NCBI GenBank assembly: GCA_041660565.1
Contig: JBAZWC010000001.1
Location: forward strand, 174,481-238,480
DNA length: 64,000 nt
Reading direction: 5' to 3'
Origin: Patescibacteria group bacterium
Lineage (GTDB): Bacteria; Patescibacteriota; UBA1384; CAJBMM01
In this document: one piece after another, positions 20,778-31,907 of the stretch
Numbering within the stretch: position 1 is the stretch's first letter
How the letters are laid out: every line of letters begins with the position of its first letter
Notes under the pieces: generated by a model
Seen by the model: the letters and a program-made list of their open reading frames with translations, nothing else
Databases searched by the model: none
What the model was told of the DNA's origin: nothing
Made by a program: the position numbers and the translations under genes

Positions 20778-20783
20778 GTGCGA

Positions 20784-21176
20784 TCAGGTACGCCTTGCCC
20801 ACGCGACCATGCAGTCGCAGGTGCAGAAGTTGGCGATAGGTCGGACTCGAGTGTCGTCAGGGTAGTACGCGACAACGGAAACGTGTGCAGCGGTAAAACT
20901 GATACGACCATCGCACTCAAGACACTTGACGAATCCGTTGGGGTAGCCATTGGGGTGTGGGTTTTCGTAAATCCCAAACCACACCGTCTGTGCAATGGTT
21001 GTTGTGTCACCCGGTCTTACGAGAAGATACCCGCGTATTGAATCGAGTGTCGTCAAGGTTCCTTTGGCTTCACCGGTAACGAGCCGTCGGAGCCTAGTGA
21101 GGCAGAATTCCTTCTCAGCCGGGCCCAACTCGCTGTCTGGGATGGCCGTGGGTCGGACACGATCTCTTCGCTTCAC
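20784..21176 (-). CDS. Hypothetical Cys-containing protein (GC-rich cassette)
   Basis: SD AAGAGGTGA before GTG 21176; CLEC and CTCDC motifs. Confidence 0.6.
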   Translation of the reverse strand: MKRRDRVRPTAIPDSELGPAEKEFCLTRLRRLVTGEAKGTLTTLDSIRGYLLVRPGDTTTIAQTVWFGIYENPHPNGYPNGFVKCLECDGRISFTAAHVSVVAYYPDDTRVRPIANFCTCDCMVAWARRT

Positions 21177-21231
21177 AGTTGCTTCACCTCTTTTCGTTGA
21201 TGGTTGCCGCGAGCTCGCGAAACGCCCGTTG

Positions 21232-21624
21232 TCACAAACTCTCCTCGAGCATGTCTGGGATGGTGGCGGCAATCATCCTGTCCGCATCACGTTCCAGGTC
21301 ACTCAGCTCATCCAGAATATACTCTACCACCTGATGTGACAGAGACGCGTTCCGCGGATGGTCGTTTGCATATCTGGTGAGTAACCCTATCCTGGTCGCA
21401 AGTGACTGTGCGGCCAATAGCAGAGCCGCCACATCTGCAGCGCATCGATTGAACCGGCGCGGATGGGCTTGCCTTGACTCCCTGAGGCTGGTAGATAGGA
21501 ACTCAGGCAGAGTAACCTGGCACTGAGTTGCACTCCCATCTATGGCCATCCACGATCTGACCACAAGCTGTCCCGTGGTTTCGTCGTAACCGAATCCGTA
21601 TGACGATCGTACGTTTTCTGGCAC
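21232..21624 (-). CDS. Hypothetical protein (GC-rich cassette)
   Basis: SD AGAGGA before GTG. Confidence 0.65.
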   Translation of the reverse strand: MPENVRSSYGFGYDETTGQLVVRSWMAIDGSATQCQVTLPEFLSTSLRESRQAHPRRFNRCAADVAALLLAAQSLATRIGLLTRYANDHPRNASLSHQVVEYILDELSDLERDADRMIAATIPDMLEESL

Positions 21625-21660
21625 CTGTTTCCTCTTTCTACTGGGTGCTAATATGCTTCC

Positions 21661-21969
21661 CTAGCTCCCACTCCCCCTCATTCTCATATTCAGGTATTCT
21701 TGCCCTTCAACTCGAGTCATGAGAATGTGGCGGACGTAGCTGGAGAACGACGGCGTCAAGGCGCCCGCATCCAACGCCTCTTCTGATGGCCAGAAAGCGA
21801 ACTGGAAACCAGTAAACCTATCCCAAAGCTCATCGCCTCTGGCAGGTTCGGCAGTTAGAAACACTGCCACATCTTCGATTCCGAGCTCGTCGATGGTTTT
21901 GGCCAATTCTGTGGCGAGCAGCGTGTTTCCTTCCGACACCGCGGTCACATCAATCTGAGATACTGGCAC
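21661..21969 (-). CDS. Hypothetical protein (GC-rich cassette)
   Basis: SD AAGAGGTGA before GTG. Confidence 0.65.
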   Translation of the reverse strand: MPVSQIDVTAVSEGNTLLATELAKTIDELGIEDVAVFLTAEPARGDELWDRFTGFQFAFWPSEEALDAGALTPSFSSYVRHILMTRVEGQEYLNMRMRGSGS

Positions 21970-22063
21970 TTAACTCACCTCTTTTCCGCCACGGAATGTT
22001 AGTCGTAGCTTTCAATCCACCTAAATGAACTAAAAGCCACGACCAAAAAATGTTAAGATACGA

Positions 22064-22102
22064 AAACGATAGTATTATATCATACTATCGTTTCGTGGTC
22101 AA
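22064..22102 (-). promoter_or_regulatory. sigma70 promoter TTGACC-17-TATAAT with perfect 12-bp inverted repeat centred on -10
   Basis: AAACGATAGTAT (22064-22075) / ATACTATCGTTT (22082-22093). Confidence 0.75.
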
Positions 22103-22151
22103 GGTATTTTCATATAGATTCTTAGGTCTTGCCTGGAATGACAAGGGAGGT

Positions 22152-22538
22152 TCATCCAAACTGGCTAATTGGGTTTGGTTTGGCCGAGGTCATTGGCCCT
22201 AACTCTGTTCCAGCCAATAAATGCAAATGTAGATGTTCCACTTTTTGTCCCCCATTGTGACCGTTATTGATCACAATTCGATATCCTTCTTCATCTAAAT
22301 TGCTACGGTGGGCAATTTCTTTAGCGGTAATTACTAATTTGCCCAGTATCTCTTGATCTGTTGATTGCACCTGGTCAATAGAACCGATATGTTTTTTTGG
22401 TACTACCAATAGATGAAATGGTGCGGCGGGCTCGATATCCGTAAAGGCAATAATAGCTGTGTCTTGATATTCAATTTGGGCAGGATTCTTCCCGCTAATG
22501 ATATTACAAAAAACACAGTTTTCAGTTTGATCAGGCAT
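22152..22538 (-). CDS. HIT family nucleotide-binding protein
   Basis: CVFC, DIEPAAPFHLLVVPK, GQKVEHLHLH. Confidence 0.9.
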   Translation of the reverse strand: MPDQTENCVFCNIISGKNPAQIEYQDTAIIAFTDIEPAAPFHLLVVPKKHIGSIDQVQSTDQEILGKLVITAKEIAHRSNLDEEGYRIVINNGHNGGQKVEHLHLHLLAGTELGPMTSAKPNPISQFG

Positions 22539-22716
22539 ATTTACTCCTTGTAAATTGATTATATCAACAAATCATAAAAGCACTAAATTTTCATTTTCCT
22601 AATGGTCAAATTGGTCCAACCGGAATAATTGGTAGCTTGACATATATCTGAGTCGAGGCTATGATACTTACTGTCTCTAGAAAAAGAGATTTTTTTAGAG
22701 CAGGAAGAGAGCGGTC

Positions 22717-23439
22717 ATGCACTTTTGCCCCCTAAGGAGGGGCTCGCTGGCGAAGTATCGCCTTCATTTTCAAAAATTATATAATTATGAATTATTTAGG
22801 CTCAAATCTACCACAAAGGTAATGGGTCTGGTTTTGGTATTGGTCACGTTGCCCTACTCTGGCGTATTAGCAAATGGCTCCATCATTAAACCGTCAACAC
22901 CGGAATTAGTAATAACCAAATCGCCTACCGTATTGCAAATTGTGCCAGCGAAGCCACTAATTATGCCTGGGTTGAGTTTGTATCAGCAAAATCTGAACAA
23001 CGAAAAATCAAATATGGCTAATGTGTGGAAGCAATATGATGAAAAATCAGGATTAGATATTGAATCGCTTAATTACGATCAGATGTTTGGCCGGATCAGC
23101 AATTATTTAGACCATCAGGGTTCGCCGATGTCATCAATTGAAGATTTGCTGCAAATTGCATCAAAATATCAGATCGATCCGCGCTTAATAATTGGCGTAG
23201 CAGGTGCCGAGTCAACGTATGGAATACATATGCCAAGTGGTTCGCATAATCCGTTTGGGCTTGGCCCGACAAATCGCTACCTTACTTGGTCGGATGGATA
23301 TATGGCCGAAGCTCAGTTTTTGTATGATCATTTCATACAGTTTGGTGTGTTTTCGCCTTTTCAGATTGGCCCAAGCTATACCGGCACCGGTAGTCAAACT
23401 TGGGGTCAGTCTGTTTATTCCGTGATGATAAATATATAG
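22717..23439 (+). CDS. Secreted lysozyme-like (glucosaminidase-like) cell-wall hydrolase; start uncertain
   Basis: IDPRLIIGVAGAESTYG, SHNPFG; hydrophobic N-terminal segment. Confidence 0.7.
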   Translation: MHFCPLRRGSLAKYRLHFQKLYNYELFRLKSTTKVMGLVLVLVTLPYSGVLANGSIIKPSTPELVITKSPTVLQIVPAKPLIMPGLSLYQQNLNNEKSNMANVWKQYDEKSGLDIESLNYDQMFGRISNYLDHQGSPMSSIEDLLQIASKYQIDPRLIIGVAGAESTYGIHMPSGSHNPFGLGPTNRYLTWSDGYMAEAQFLYDHFIQFGVFSPFQIGPSYTGTGSQTWGQSVYSVMINI

Positions 23440-23442
23440 GAA

Positions 23443-23470
23443 CGCACCCGAGATGAATCTTCCGGGTGCG
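23443..23470. terminator. Hairpin between convergent genes
   Basis: CGCACCCG/CGGGTGCG stem. Confidence 0.55.
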
Positions 23471-23495
23471 GTTAGCGTGTTGTTCTTCTGAACAG

Positions 23496-24137
23496 CTATT
23501 GATCTTGGGCAAGTTCTTCCACCATTCCGACATCGAATGTCGGGTTGGTATCCGCGTTGAACCAGACATAGAATCCGTAGCGGTCGAACCCTCCAACCGC
23601 AACGTGCTTATCCTTGGAAACCCCATGCCAACCCCAGTGATACCACTCGCCGAGTAGCCGCTCGTCATTGTGCACAATGCAGTTGGCGAAACAAACTGCT
23701 GTGACAACAGCTTCGTTTGCTCGCACAACACCCTTGGCGCAACGTTCAGGTTGATCTCCCCACCTATTCCTGGTGTGATTCCGGGCAAAGTTGAGCAAGT
23801 GATATCGCGGACTTCGCGATGAACATGCCCATTCATTCCCCGGCTTCAGCCACCATCTGTTTCGGTAGAAGTGTGGCTCTCGCTTTGCCCCATTAGTTCC
23901 GAAGAGCTGTCGCATGGCTGCAAGGGAAATGCCTGGATCGAACATCAACCGCCAATCCGCTTCGTTCTGCTGGTTTTGTCCGGCGCATTGCCGCAGTGTG
24001 TCAGCAGAGAAAAGAAGAAGGTCGATAGAACGCCCGAAATCCTCCTCCCCTAAAGCTTGCCGTGCTTGTTGCGCGGTTACAACCATTTCGCCACTAAGGA
24101 TCTCGATGGCCTCGTCGATATCAGTAACGTGAGTCAT
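23496..24137 (-). CDS. Hypothetical protein, DGR-target/C-type-lectin-like; paralog of 45943-46608 (GC-rich cassette)
   Basis: SD GGGGGGTG before ATG 24137; C-terminal VAVGGFDRYGFYV...DVG; aligns with 45943 ORF. Confidence 0.7.
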   Translation of the reverse strand: MTHVTDIDEAIEILSGEMVVTAQQARQALGEEDFGRSIDLLLFSADTLRQCAGQNQQNEADWRLMFDPGISLAAMRQLFGTNGAKREPHFYRNRWWLKPGNEWACSSRSPRYHLLNFARNHTRNRWGDQPERCAKGVVRANEAVVTAVCFANCIVHNDERLLGEWYHWGWHGVSKDKHVAVGGFDRYGFYVWFNADTNPTFDVGMVEELAQDQ

Positions 24138-24358
24138 TCGCGTCACCCCCCTGTCGTTGATCTGGCGAGTATTTTGTTTGGTGCTGAGGATATTGTAGCA
24201 GAATTTACATAAATAGATACTATCCTATCCGACTTTTAACTAATAACCCCATCAGATGAAATATCAGAAAAATCCTTCAATTTGGGTTGACAAATTCGAA
24301 AATATATGCTACAATGGTGTGTTCTCGATGTGAGAGCATTTTTTTGTATCTTTTAGGC

Positions 24359-24387
24359 ATAGATTCCGGGTCGAGCCCGGAATGACA
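24359..24387. repeat. Single REP-like unit (ATAGATTCCGG...CCGGAATGACA); degenerate copies near 22114-22143 and 31948-31969
   Basis: Matches right TIR of the 28602-29018 element. Confidence 0.75.
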
Positions 24388-24427
24388 AAGAAATGTACAT
24401 TGTAGAACAGAAAGCGAGTTTAACCAA

Positions 24428-26412
<1,985 letters not shown>

Positions 26413-26452
26413 TTACACGTGTTTGATTCGAAATTGGTTAAATTGGATTGAT

Positions 26453-27538
26453 CTATCCGCTCGTTACGGTACTGCCGGGGTTTACCACTTCAATCCAAGT
26501 TTCGCCGGCGTAAAGTGTGATTAATTTACCATCAGCACCAAAAAATTGGGTGCGGTCGTATTTGCTACTTTTCGACCATGTGCCGTCAATTTTTACCCCA
26601 CCTTGATAGATTGTAGCGCTTCCCGAACCAACCGTGGGCATGGACCAGCCATTTTCGTTGATGGCCGTAGCCACAGAGCTTCGAGAAATATTTTGAATGA
26701 TCACGTTTTTGGCCGAAATTTGGCGGTTGTTGTTGGCGTCAACGTCCGGAGCTGCTGCAAGGTTGCGTAAGTAGGTGTTGTCGGTTTTATTATAATCCCA
26801 TCGTACGTCATATTGCGGGAAAGAAAAATTAATTTTAATAAACGTGGTAGCGGTAACCGGTGGCGATGGCGCCGCGCTAAAAAATGAATAGATGTCGTAT
26901 GTTTCTCTTAGTGGTGTAAACCATGTTTTTAAACTAGCCAGTTTGTAAAGTTTGTCGGTTGATGAATACATTGTGTGCTCCGTGGCCTCACTACCTCGCC
27001 GTGCACGATAGTACGATCCGGAATTCGCAAACTGATCCAGATCTTTAACTTTGTCGGCAGGGATTTTTTCTTTTAACGCGTCGTAGTTTCCGCCAACGTG
27101 AGCGTAATAACAATCATATTCATTACACCAATCAACGTAGTAGGTTCGGGCGCTCCTAATGGGGCCAACTTTTGGCGCGTCATTTGGACCGTATATGGCT
27201 AAATATCGGGTAATTCCGCCCTCTGCGATCGCCTCGTACACGAAACTGGCGGTGCTGAGGCCAAATTGAGGGCGCGCCTCTGTGTGGTTTTCAATCATCA
27301 CTCCCAGCGGATGCCGATCCGAAAGCTCTTGGGTAACCATTGTGCCATCTAATTTTGAAGCGGTTAATGGAACCGGGGTTGGTGTGGCGGTGATCTTGGG
27401 TCTGAATAAATAAAATGTTTTGTTTGACGATTTTAAGAGATTGGTATGATTGACCATATATAAATATAACGTGCCAACCGATAAAACAATAATGATCGTT
27501 ATTATAATAGCGATAAACGGGCTACGCTTAAGTTGCAT
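26453..27538 (-). CDS. DUF3048 domain protein
   Basis: VMIENH..ARPQ.GL, AEGGITR, GPIRSAR, HVGG. Confidence 0.85.
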   Translation of the reverse strand: MQLKRSPFIAIIITIIIVLSVGTLYLYMVNHTNLLKSSNKTFYLFRPKITATPTPVPLTASKLDGTMVTQELSDRHPLGVMIENHTEARPQFGLSTASFVYEAIAEGGITRYLAIYGPNDAPKVGPIRSARTYYVDWCNEYDCYYAHVGGNYDALKEKIPADKVKDLDQFANSGSYYRARRGSEATEHTMYSSTDKLYKLASLKTWFTPLRETYDIYSFFSAAPSPPVTATTFIKINFSFPQYDVRWDYNKTDNTYLRNLAAAPDVDANNNRQISAKNVIIQNISRSSVATAINENGWSMPTVGSGSATIYQGGVKIDGTWSKSSKYDRTQFFGADGKLITLYAGETWIEVVNPGSTVTSG

Positions 27539-27633
27539 CTTTCCCCTCAGAAAATTGTAAAGTTAATATAATATTTGTGATAACTAGCAAAACTGAGTCC
27601 TAATTGGATAATTGGACTGATTGGCGGAGAGGA

Positions 27634-28488
27634 TTATTTTTTTCCAATAACCACTACTAGTTCGGTGTCAGATGTGGCCATAGTGGCATCTACTTTGGCG
27701 GTGACAGAATAACCGGTTAACGCGGCAGCTAATTCGGTAGCGAGGTCTTTTTCGTTTGCGTTTTTGTAATAAACGTAAGAAGTGGTGTATGAATACGATT
27801 TCGCATTCGCAGTGCTTGAAACGGTGAAACCGGCGGCTGTAATGACCGTGGATGCCTTTGTGGCAGCCCCAGTGACTCCCCCACCGTTAAGCACCTTAAC
27901 TGTAACAGATGCTTTGGTTAACGCAGTGGACGAGGGCGTGGCGGTAGTGGTGGTGCTTGGCGAGATAGACGGGGTTGCTGTTCCCGTTGCGGTTGGAGTT
28001 GCGCTGGTAGTGGTTGAAGGTGAGGCGGTGGTAGTAGTTTGGCTGTTGTTATAAAAAATGACAGCTTGAGAAACTAATAACGCTAAAAGCGAAATCAAGA
28101 TAATTGACAAAAATGCGGTAATCCATTTCTGTTTCTTTGATGATTTTATTACCGGCGGCATAATTGATTGAGCTGGTGGAATTTTTTGTGCCGGAGCCAT
28201 TTCGGCGGTAGCCCGTGGGATAGTTGGTGCCTTGGGCTCATCTTCATCAATTTCAGGTTTAACAGCAACTGATTGGCTGTGTTCCGGTTTGTCTTCCTTG
28301 GGTTCTGCCTTATCGTTTTCAGGTTCAGACGGAGCATCTGTAAACGCTGCGCCGTGTTCAATGGCAACGTTCTCCACTTTTTCTGATTCTGTGTCTATAT
28401 GTTTTTCAGAAGAGTCGACAGTCTTGGCAGTCTTCTCGTCTGCACTATCCGGTTCGTTCTTTTTGTTTAAGTCAAAAAATTTGGCCAT
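27634..28488 (-). CDS. Membrane protein with Thr-rich linker and LytR C-terminal domain
   Basis: VKVLNGGGVTGAA...VVVIGK; single TM. Confidence 0.8.
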   Translation of the reverse strand: MAKFFDLNKKNEPDSADEKTAKTVDSSEKHIDTESEKVENVAIEHGAAFTDAPSEPENDKAEPKEDKPEHSQSVAVKPEIDEDEPKAPTIPRATAEMAPAQKIPPAQSIMPPVIKSSKKQKWITAFLSIILISLLALLVSQAVIFYNNSQTTTTASPSTTTSATPTATGTATPSISPSTTTTATPSSTALTKASVTVKVLNGGGVTGAATKASTVITAAGFTVSSTANAKSYSYTTSYVYYKNANEKDLATELAAALTGYSVTAKVDATMATSDTELVVVIGKK

Positions 28489-28601
28489 ATTTTAATCCCC
28501 TTCTCTATTTATATTGTCATAGATTATCAGTATTAATGCAAGGGGATAAGATCAGGTATCAAGTTCTGTCATTTTAGATTTGACGTAAGACGTTTTGTCC
28601 T

Positions 28602-29018
28602 TGTCATTCCGGACTTGATCCGGAATCTATATAAAAAAATGTATAATTAATGCTGTATGAGCAAGTATTATTATGTTTATATTCTAGCTAGTTGCAAAAA
28701 TGGTACTTTATATACTGGAGTAACAAACGACCTGATAAAAAGAGTATATGTACATAAAAACAAATACAGCCAAAAAGGCTTTACGACAAAATATGGAATT
28801 TGCCTTCTTGTTTATTATGAAATGACCGAGGATGTGAATAGCGCTATTGCCAGAGAGAAACAAATCAAAAACTGGCATAGATCATGGAAAATCCAACTTA
28901 TTAAAAGTAAAAACCCAGACTGGAAAGATCTGTATGAGGAAATTTGTATATAGTCTGTCCCGAAGTGCGCTCGGGGTTGTTTGTTTTATATAGATTCCGG
29001 ATCAAGTCCGGAATGACA
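28602..29018. mobile_element. REP-TIR-bounded GIY-YIG element 1
   Basis: Perfect 35-bp inverted repeats 28602-28636 / 28984-29018 enclosing a GIY-YIG ORF. Confidence 0.7.
28657..28953 (+). CDS. GIY-YIG nuclease family protein
   Basis: YVYILAS..NGTLYTGVT, AIAREKQIK.W.R.WK, NPDWKDL. Confidence 0.92.
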   Translation: MSKYYYVYILASCKNGTLYTGVTNDLIKRVYVHKNKYSQKGFTTKYGICLLVYYEMTEDVNSAIAREKQIKNWHRSWKIQLIKSKNPDWKDLYEEICI

Positions 29019-29020
29019 GA

Positions 29021-29614
29021 TTAGAATTTCCGGATTACGCCTTTAACTTTTCCTTGCACGGTGACGTTTTTGGTTAGAATTGGTTTCATGGTTTTGTTGG
29101 CTGGCTGCAGGCGGATGTGCGTTTTCTCTTGATAAAATCGTTTAAGCGTAACGTTTTCGCGATCAATTAACGCCACCACAATATCGCCATTTTTAGCCAC
29201 TGTGGTTTGCTCAATAATGACATAATCACCATCAAAAATGCCGTCTTCGATCATTGAATTACCTTTAACTCGTAGTGCGAACACTTTTGGCCCCATCATA
29301 TCGCGTGGGATATCAATAGTCTCATGGGTTCGAACGGCTTGGATGGGTGCACCGGCGGCAATGATGCCCATTAAAGGAGCCGAAAAGCTTTGTTCGTCCC
29401 AAGTTGGGGTTAGCTGTAGTGAGCGTGCTTCGTTGGCTTCGCGGTTTAGATATCCTTTATTAGTTAAACTGTCGATGTGCTCGGCCACGGTGGCAACGCT
29501 AGACAACTTAAAATAATCGGCGATTTCGCGGTAGCTAGGCGCGTAGCCGTTCTCTCCGATGAATTGCTCAATATAGTCCAAGGTTTGTTTTTGTCGTTTG
29601 GTTAATGGATCCAT
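29021..29614 (-). CDS. lexA: SOS repressor LexA
   Basis: LTKRQ, PSYREIA, AAG cleavage site, KGNSM, TLKRF; SD GGGAGG before ATG 29614. Confidence 0.95.
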   Translation of the reverse strand: MDPLTKRQKQTLDYIEQFIGENGYAPSYREIADYFKLSSVATVAEHIDSLTNKGYLNREANEARSLQLTPTWDEQSFSAPLMGIIAAGAPIQAVRTHETIDIPRDMMGPKVFALRVKGNSMIEDGIFDGDYVIIEQTTVAKNGDIVVALIDRENVTLKRFYQEKTHIRLQPANKTMKPILTKNVTVQGKVKGVIRKF

Positions 29615-29636
29615 TTGTCCTCCCGATTCTACATCC

Positions 29637-29666
29637 AGCATAACCGAACATAATCCGTAGTGTCAA
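29637..29666 (-). promoter_or_regulatory. lexA promoter with candidate SOS-box half-site (GTTCGG)
   Basis: TTGACA-18-TATGCT; CGGATTATGTTCGG in the spacer. Confidence 0.45.
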
Positions 29667-29739
29667 TAGCCGGAAGATAGATGATGGTCTCCGGCTCTAC
29701 GAGCCGATAGACTCAGAGAGAGAATGGAGTACAATTTGA

Positions 29740-30171
29740 CTATTCTTTTTGAATCCCTTGTTCGTGATCAACGTTTTCAAAATCACTCAATTTTACTAAT
29801 TGTTCGCTGGATAAAAGCGCCTCAACCTGATCTCGGATAACGACTAGTTGGTTCTCTAAGTCAGAAAAATATTCTAATCTAGTTTTCATTTCAAACAGAT
29901 GCGCACCTAATGATGATAGTTCATCTTTCAATGCTGTCGTATAGGCAGATTCCCCGTGATCAATTTGAGGGTTATCACTGCCTGGTGCTTGCAATTCGGC
30001 CTCGATTGCTTTAATTTTCTCGACAATTTCTTGGCTTACAAGCTTTACCGATGGTGCTTGCATTTTCCAGAGTTCAACCTGTTGGTTTATTGATTGCCAT
30101 TTTGCGTTAAGATCGGTCCATAGCTCGGAAACCGGGGCATCTTCGTGATGCATTAGTTCTTGTTCGCTCAT
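29740..30171 (-). CDS. Hypothetical coiled-coil protein
   Basis: 143-aa ORF, E/L/Q-rich heptads. Confidence 0.65.
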   Translation of the reverse strand: MSEQELMHHEDAPVSELWTDLNAKWQSINQQVELWKMQAPSVKLVSQEIVEKIKAIEAELQAPGSDNPQIDHGESAYTTALKDELSSLGAHLFEMKTRLEYFSDLENQLVVIRDQVEALLSSEQLVKLSDFENVDHEQGIQKE

Positions 30172-30174
30172 CTA

Positions 30175-30642
30175 TTATCCTTTTTTATTTATTATACACC
30201 AAACCGCAATTGCGCAAGCGGTGGAGACGTTAAGTGAGTTCACATCGCGGTGCATTGGAATAAAAATATGCTTGGTCGATTCGGCTAGTGCAAAGCGATC
30301 AACCCCATCGACTTCGTGGCCAACAATTAGGGCGGTTTTTGGTCCTGGGGAAAAGTCGGCTAATGGGATCGCGTCAGACGTTATCTCTAGCGACACGATT
30401 TCGTATCCATTATCCTGGCATTGCTTGATGGCGTTAGACGTATTGTCAAAATATGTCCACTTAACTTTGGTTTCACCGCCCAGAGCAGTTTTGTGTATTT
30501 CGGCGCGTGGAGGAGTTGCAGTCATGCCGCATAGGTACAACTCGTCGACGTTTAATCCAGCGGCCAGTCTAAAAATCGCCCCGACGTTATACATCGACCG
30601 CACGTTGTCTAAAATAATAATCAATTTCTGTTTTGGTGTCAT
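30175..30642 (-). CDS. SpoU/TrmH family RNA methyltransferase
   Basis: LDNVRSMYNVGAIFR, VGHEVDGV, IPM..SLNVS. Confidence 0.9.
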   Translation of the reverse strand: MTPKQKLIIILDNVRSMYNVGAIFRLAAGLNVDELYLCGMTATPPRAEIHKTALGGETKVKWTYFDNTSNAIKQCQDNGYEIVSLEITSDAIPLADFSPGPKTALIVGHEVDGVDRFALAESTKHIFIPMHRDVNSLNVSTACAIAVWCIINKKG

Positions 30643-30711
30643 TATGGCAATACTAGCATAAAATTTATGCAAAATCATTTTTAATTAAATAAAATTATGG
30701 TATAGTTTTGC

Positions 30712-30860
30712 CATCCTCGGCTAGTTTAGCCAACCGTTGCTGAAGCCGCGTTTTCGCGCGGTGGAAGAGTTGGCGCCTACCAGTTTCTGGTGGGTAGTGT
30801 CATGGCATCAACTGAGTTCAAGCATGCCGTTGAGTCTTGAATCCTAAGTAGTCGGGGGTG
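30712..30860 (+). ncRNA. Retron-like msr/msd ncRNA
   Basis: a2 CATCCTCGGCTAGTTTA (30712-30728) pairs with a1 TAAGTAGTCGGGGGTG (30845-30860); TTAGC motif with candidate branch G 30729; internal hairpins; extended -10 TGGTATAGT at 30698-30706. Confidence 0.7.
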
Positions 30861-30864
30861 ATCG

Positions 30865-30892
30865 AAGGGGCGAGGACGTTCTCTCGCCCCTT
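30865..30892 (+). other. Strong hairpin between retron ncRNA and RT gene (terminator or processing stem)
   Basis: AAGGGGCGAG/CTCGCCCCTT perfect 10-bp stem. Confidence 0.6.
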
Positions 30893-30923
30893 GTACCTTA
30901 CATCGAAAGGTGGTGATCTGGAG

Positions 30924-31907
30924 TTGAGCTATGGCTTACGACCAACCGAAGCGGCTGATTGGCTGATTCGCCGCTGTGAATTACCGCGGGAGTGGCGAGG
31001 TTACTTGGCCAGTGTAGTTGTTAAGCCGAGTAGCCAGTTTTACCACCAGTGGCAAATGCCGAAGAAAAACGGTGGATATCGGGTGATCCTGTCGCCGCTT
31101 GAACCACTGAAATCCGTTCAACGCCAGATTCTTCGCCACGTGCTGTGTGACCTAAGGATTTCGAGTGCGGCACACGGATTCGTAGGTGGTAGAGACATCA
31201 TTACTAATGCTCTACCCCATCTTCAGTCTCACTCCATGCTTGGTCTAGACTTGGCGGACGCATTTGGTAACGTCTGGCTTGGTTGGATGGCGTATCGTGA
31301 ATCGCCTAGGAAGACCACAGGACTAAAACTGGGTTTGCATCTGGACACTTGGCAGGCACTGTTGCCGTTTATCAGTTATGTGGACGATGATGACGGGATT
31401 CTGCCACAAGGCGCACCAACGTCGCCGGCGATTTTCAATGCAATGTGTTGTCGAATGGACACAATGCTGCTGAAACTTGCCAAAAACGTGGGCGGAGTGT
31501 ACACACGCTACGCCGACAACCTGACCTTTTCGATGCCAGGACCTTCAGTGGGGCAAAAGTTGATCAACGCAATCTTGCGTATTGTTGATGACGATGGTTT
31601 CCCACTGAATGATGACAAAACGCAACTACTACGCAGTGCCAACAACTTTAACCGGCCACTGCGCCTGCCAGGGCTGAACATCATTAATGGCCAACTAGTT
31701 CTGCCCGCCGACACACTAAAGCGCTTTCGTAGCGCTATGTACCGCGCTGGTCAGGACAGTTGCAGTGATGATGACGAAGTGCGCGATCATGCACGTCGAT
31801 CGCGTAGAGGCATCAAGGGATACGTCATTCGCATCTACGGCGAGTTGCCGCCACAACTACGTGGCATGTACGAAAAAGGACGCATACACGCGTCCGAAGA
31901 GACCTGA
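30924..31907 (+). CDS. Retron-type reverse transcriptase with YADN variant motif
   Basis: KKNGGYRVI, AHGFV, NALPH (retron region X NAxxH), LPQGAPTSP, YTRYADNLTFS; SD AAGGTGGTG before TTG 30924 (ORF track starts 30858). Confidence 0.9.
   Translation: MSYGLRPTEAADWLIRRCELPREWRGYLASVVVKPSSQFYHQWQMPKKNGGYRVILSPLEPLKSVQRQILRHVLCDLRISSAAHGFVGGRDIITNALPHLQSHSMLGLDLADAFGNVWLGWMAYRESPRKTTGLKLGLHLDTWQALLPFISYVDDDDGILPQGAPTSPAIFNAMCCRMDTMLLKLAKNVGGVYTRYADNLTFSMPGPSVGQKLINAILRIVDDDGFPLNDDKTQLLRSANNFNRPLRLPGLNIINGQLVLPADTLKRFRSAMYRAGQDSCSDDDEVRDHARRSRRGIKGYVIRIYGELPPQLRGMYEKGRIHASEET

Noticed and set aside
20740-24190. Prophage remnant
   Set aside because: No phage structural, terminase or integrase genes; orphan units alternate with housekeeping genes
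30858-30923. ORF-track start of the RT at GTG 30858
   Set aside because: Overlaps the a1 repeat and hairpin; the SD fits TTG 30924 better
30858-31907. RT as group II intron maturase or DGR RT
   Set aside because: Short protein with retron NAxxH motif and a1/a2 RNA; no domain X/En, intron domain V, avd-like gene or TR/VR pair seen in the window
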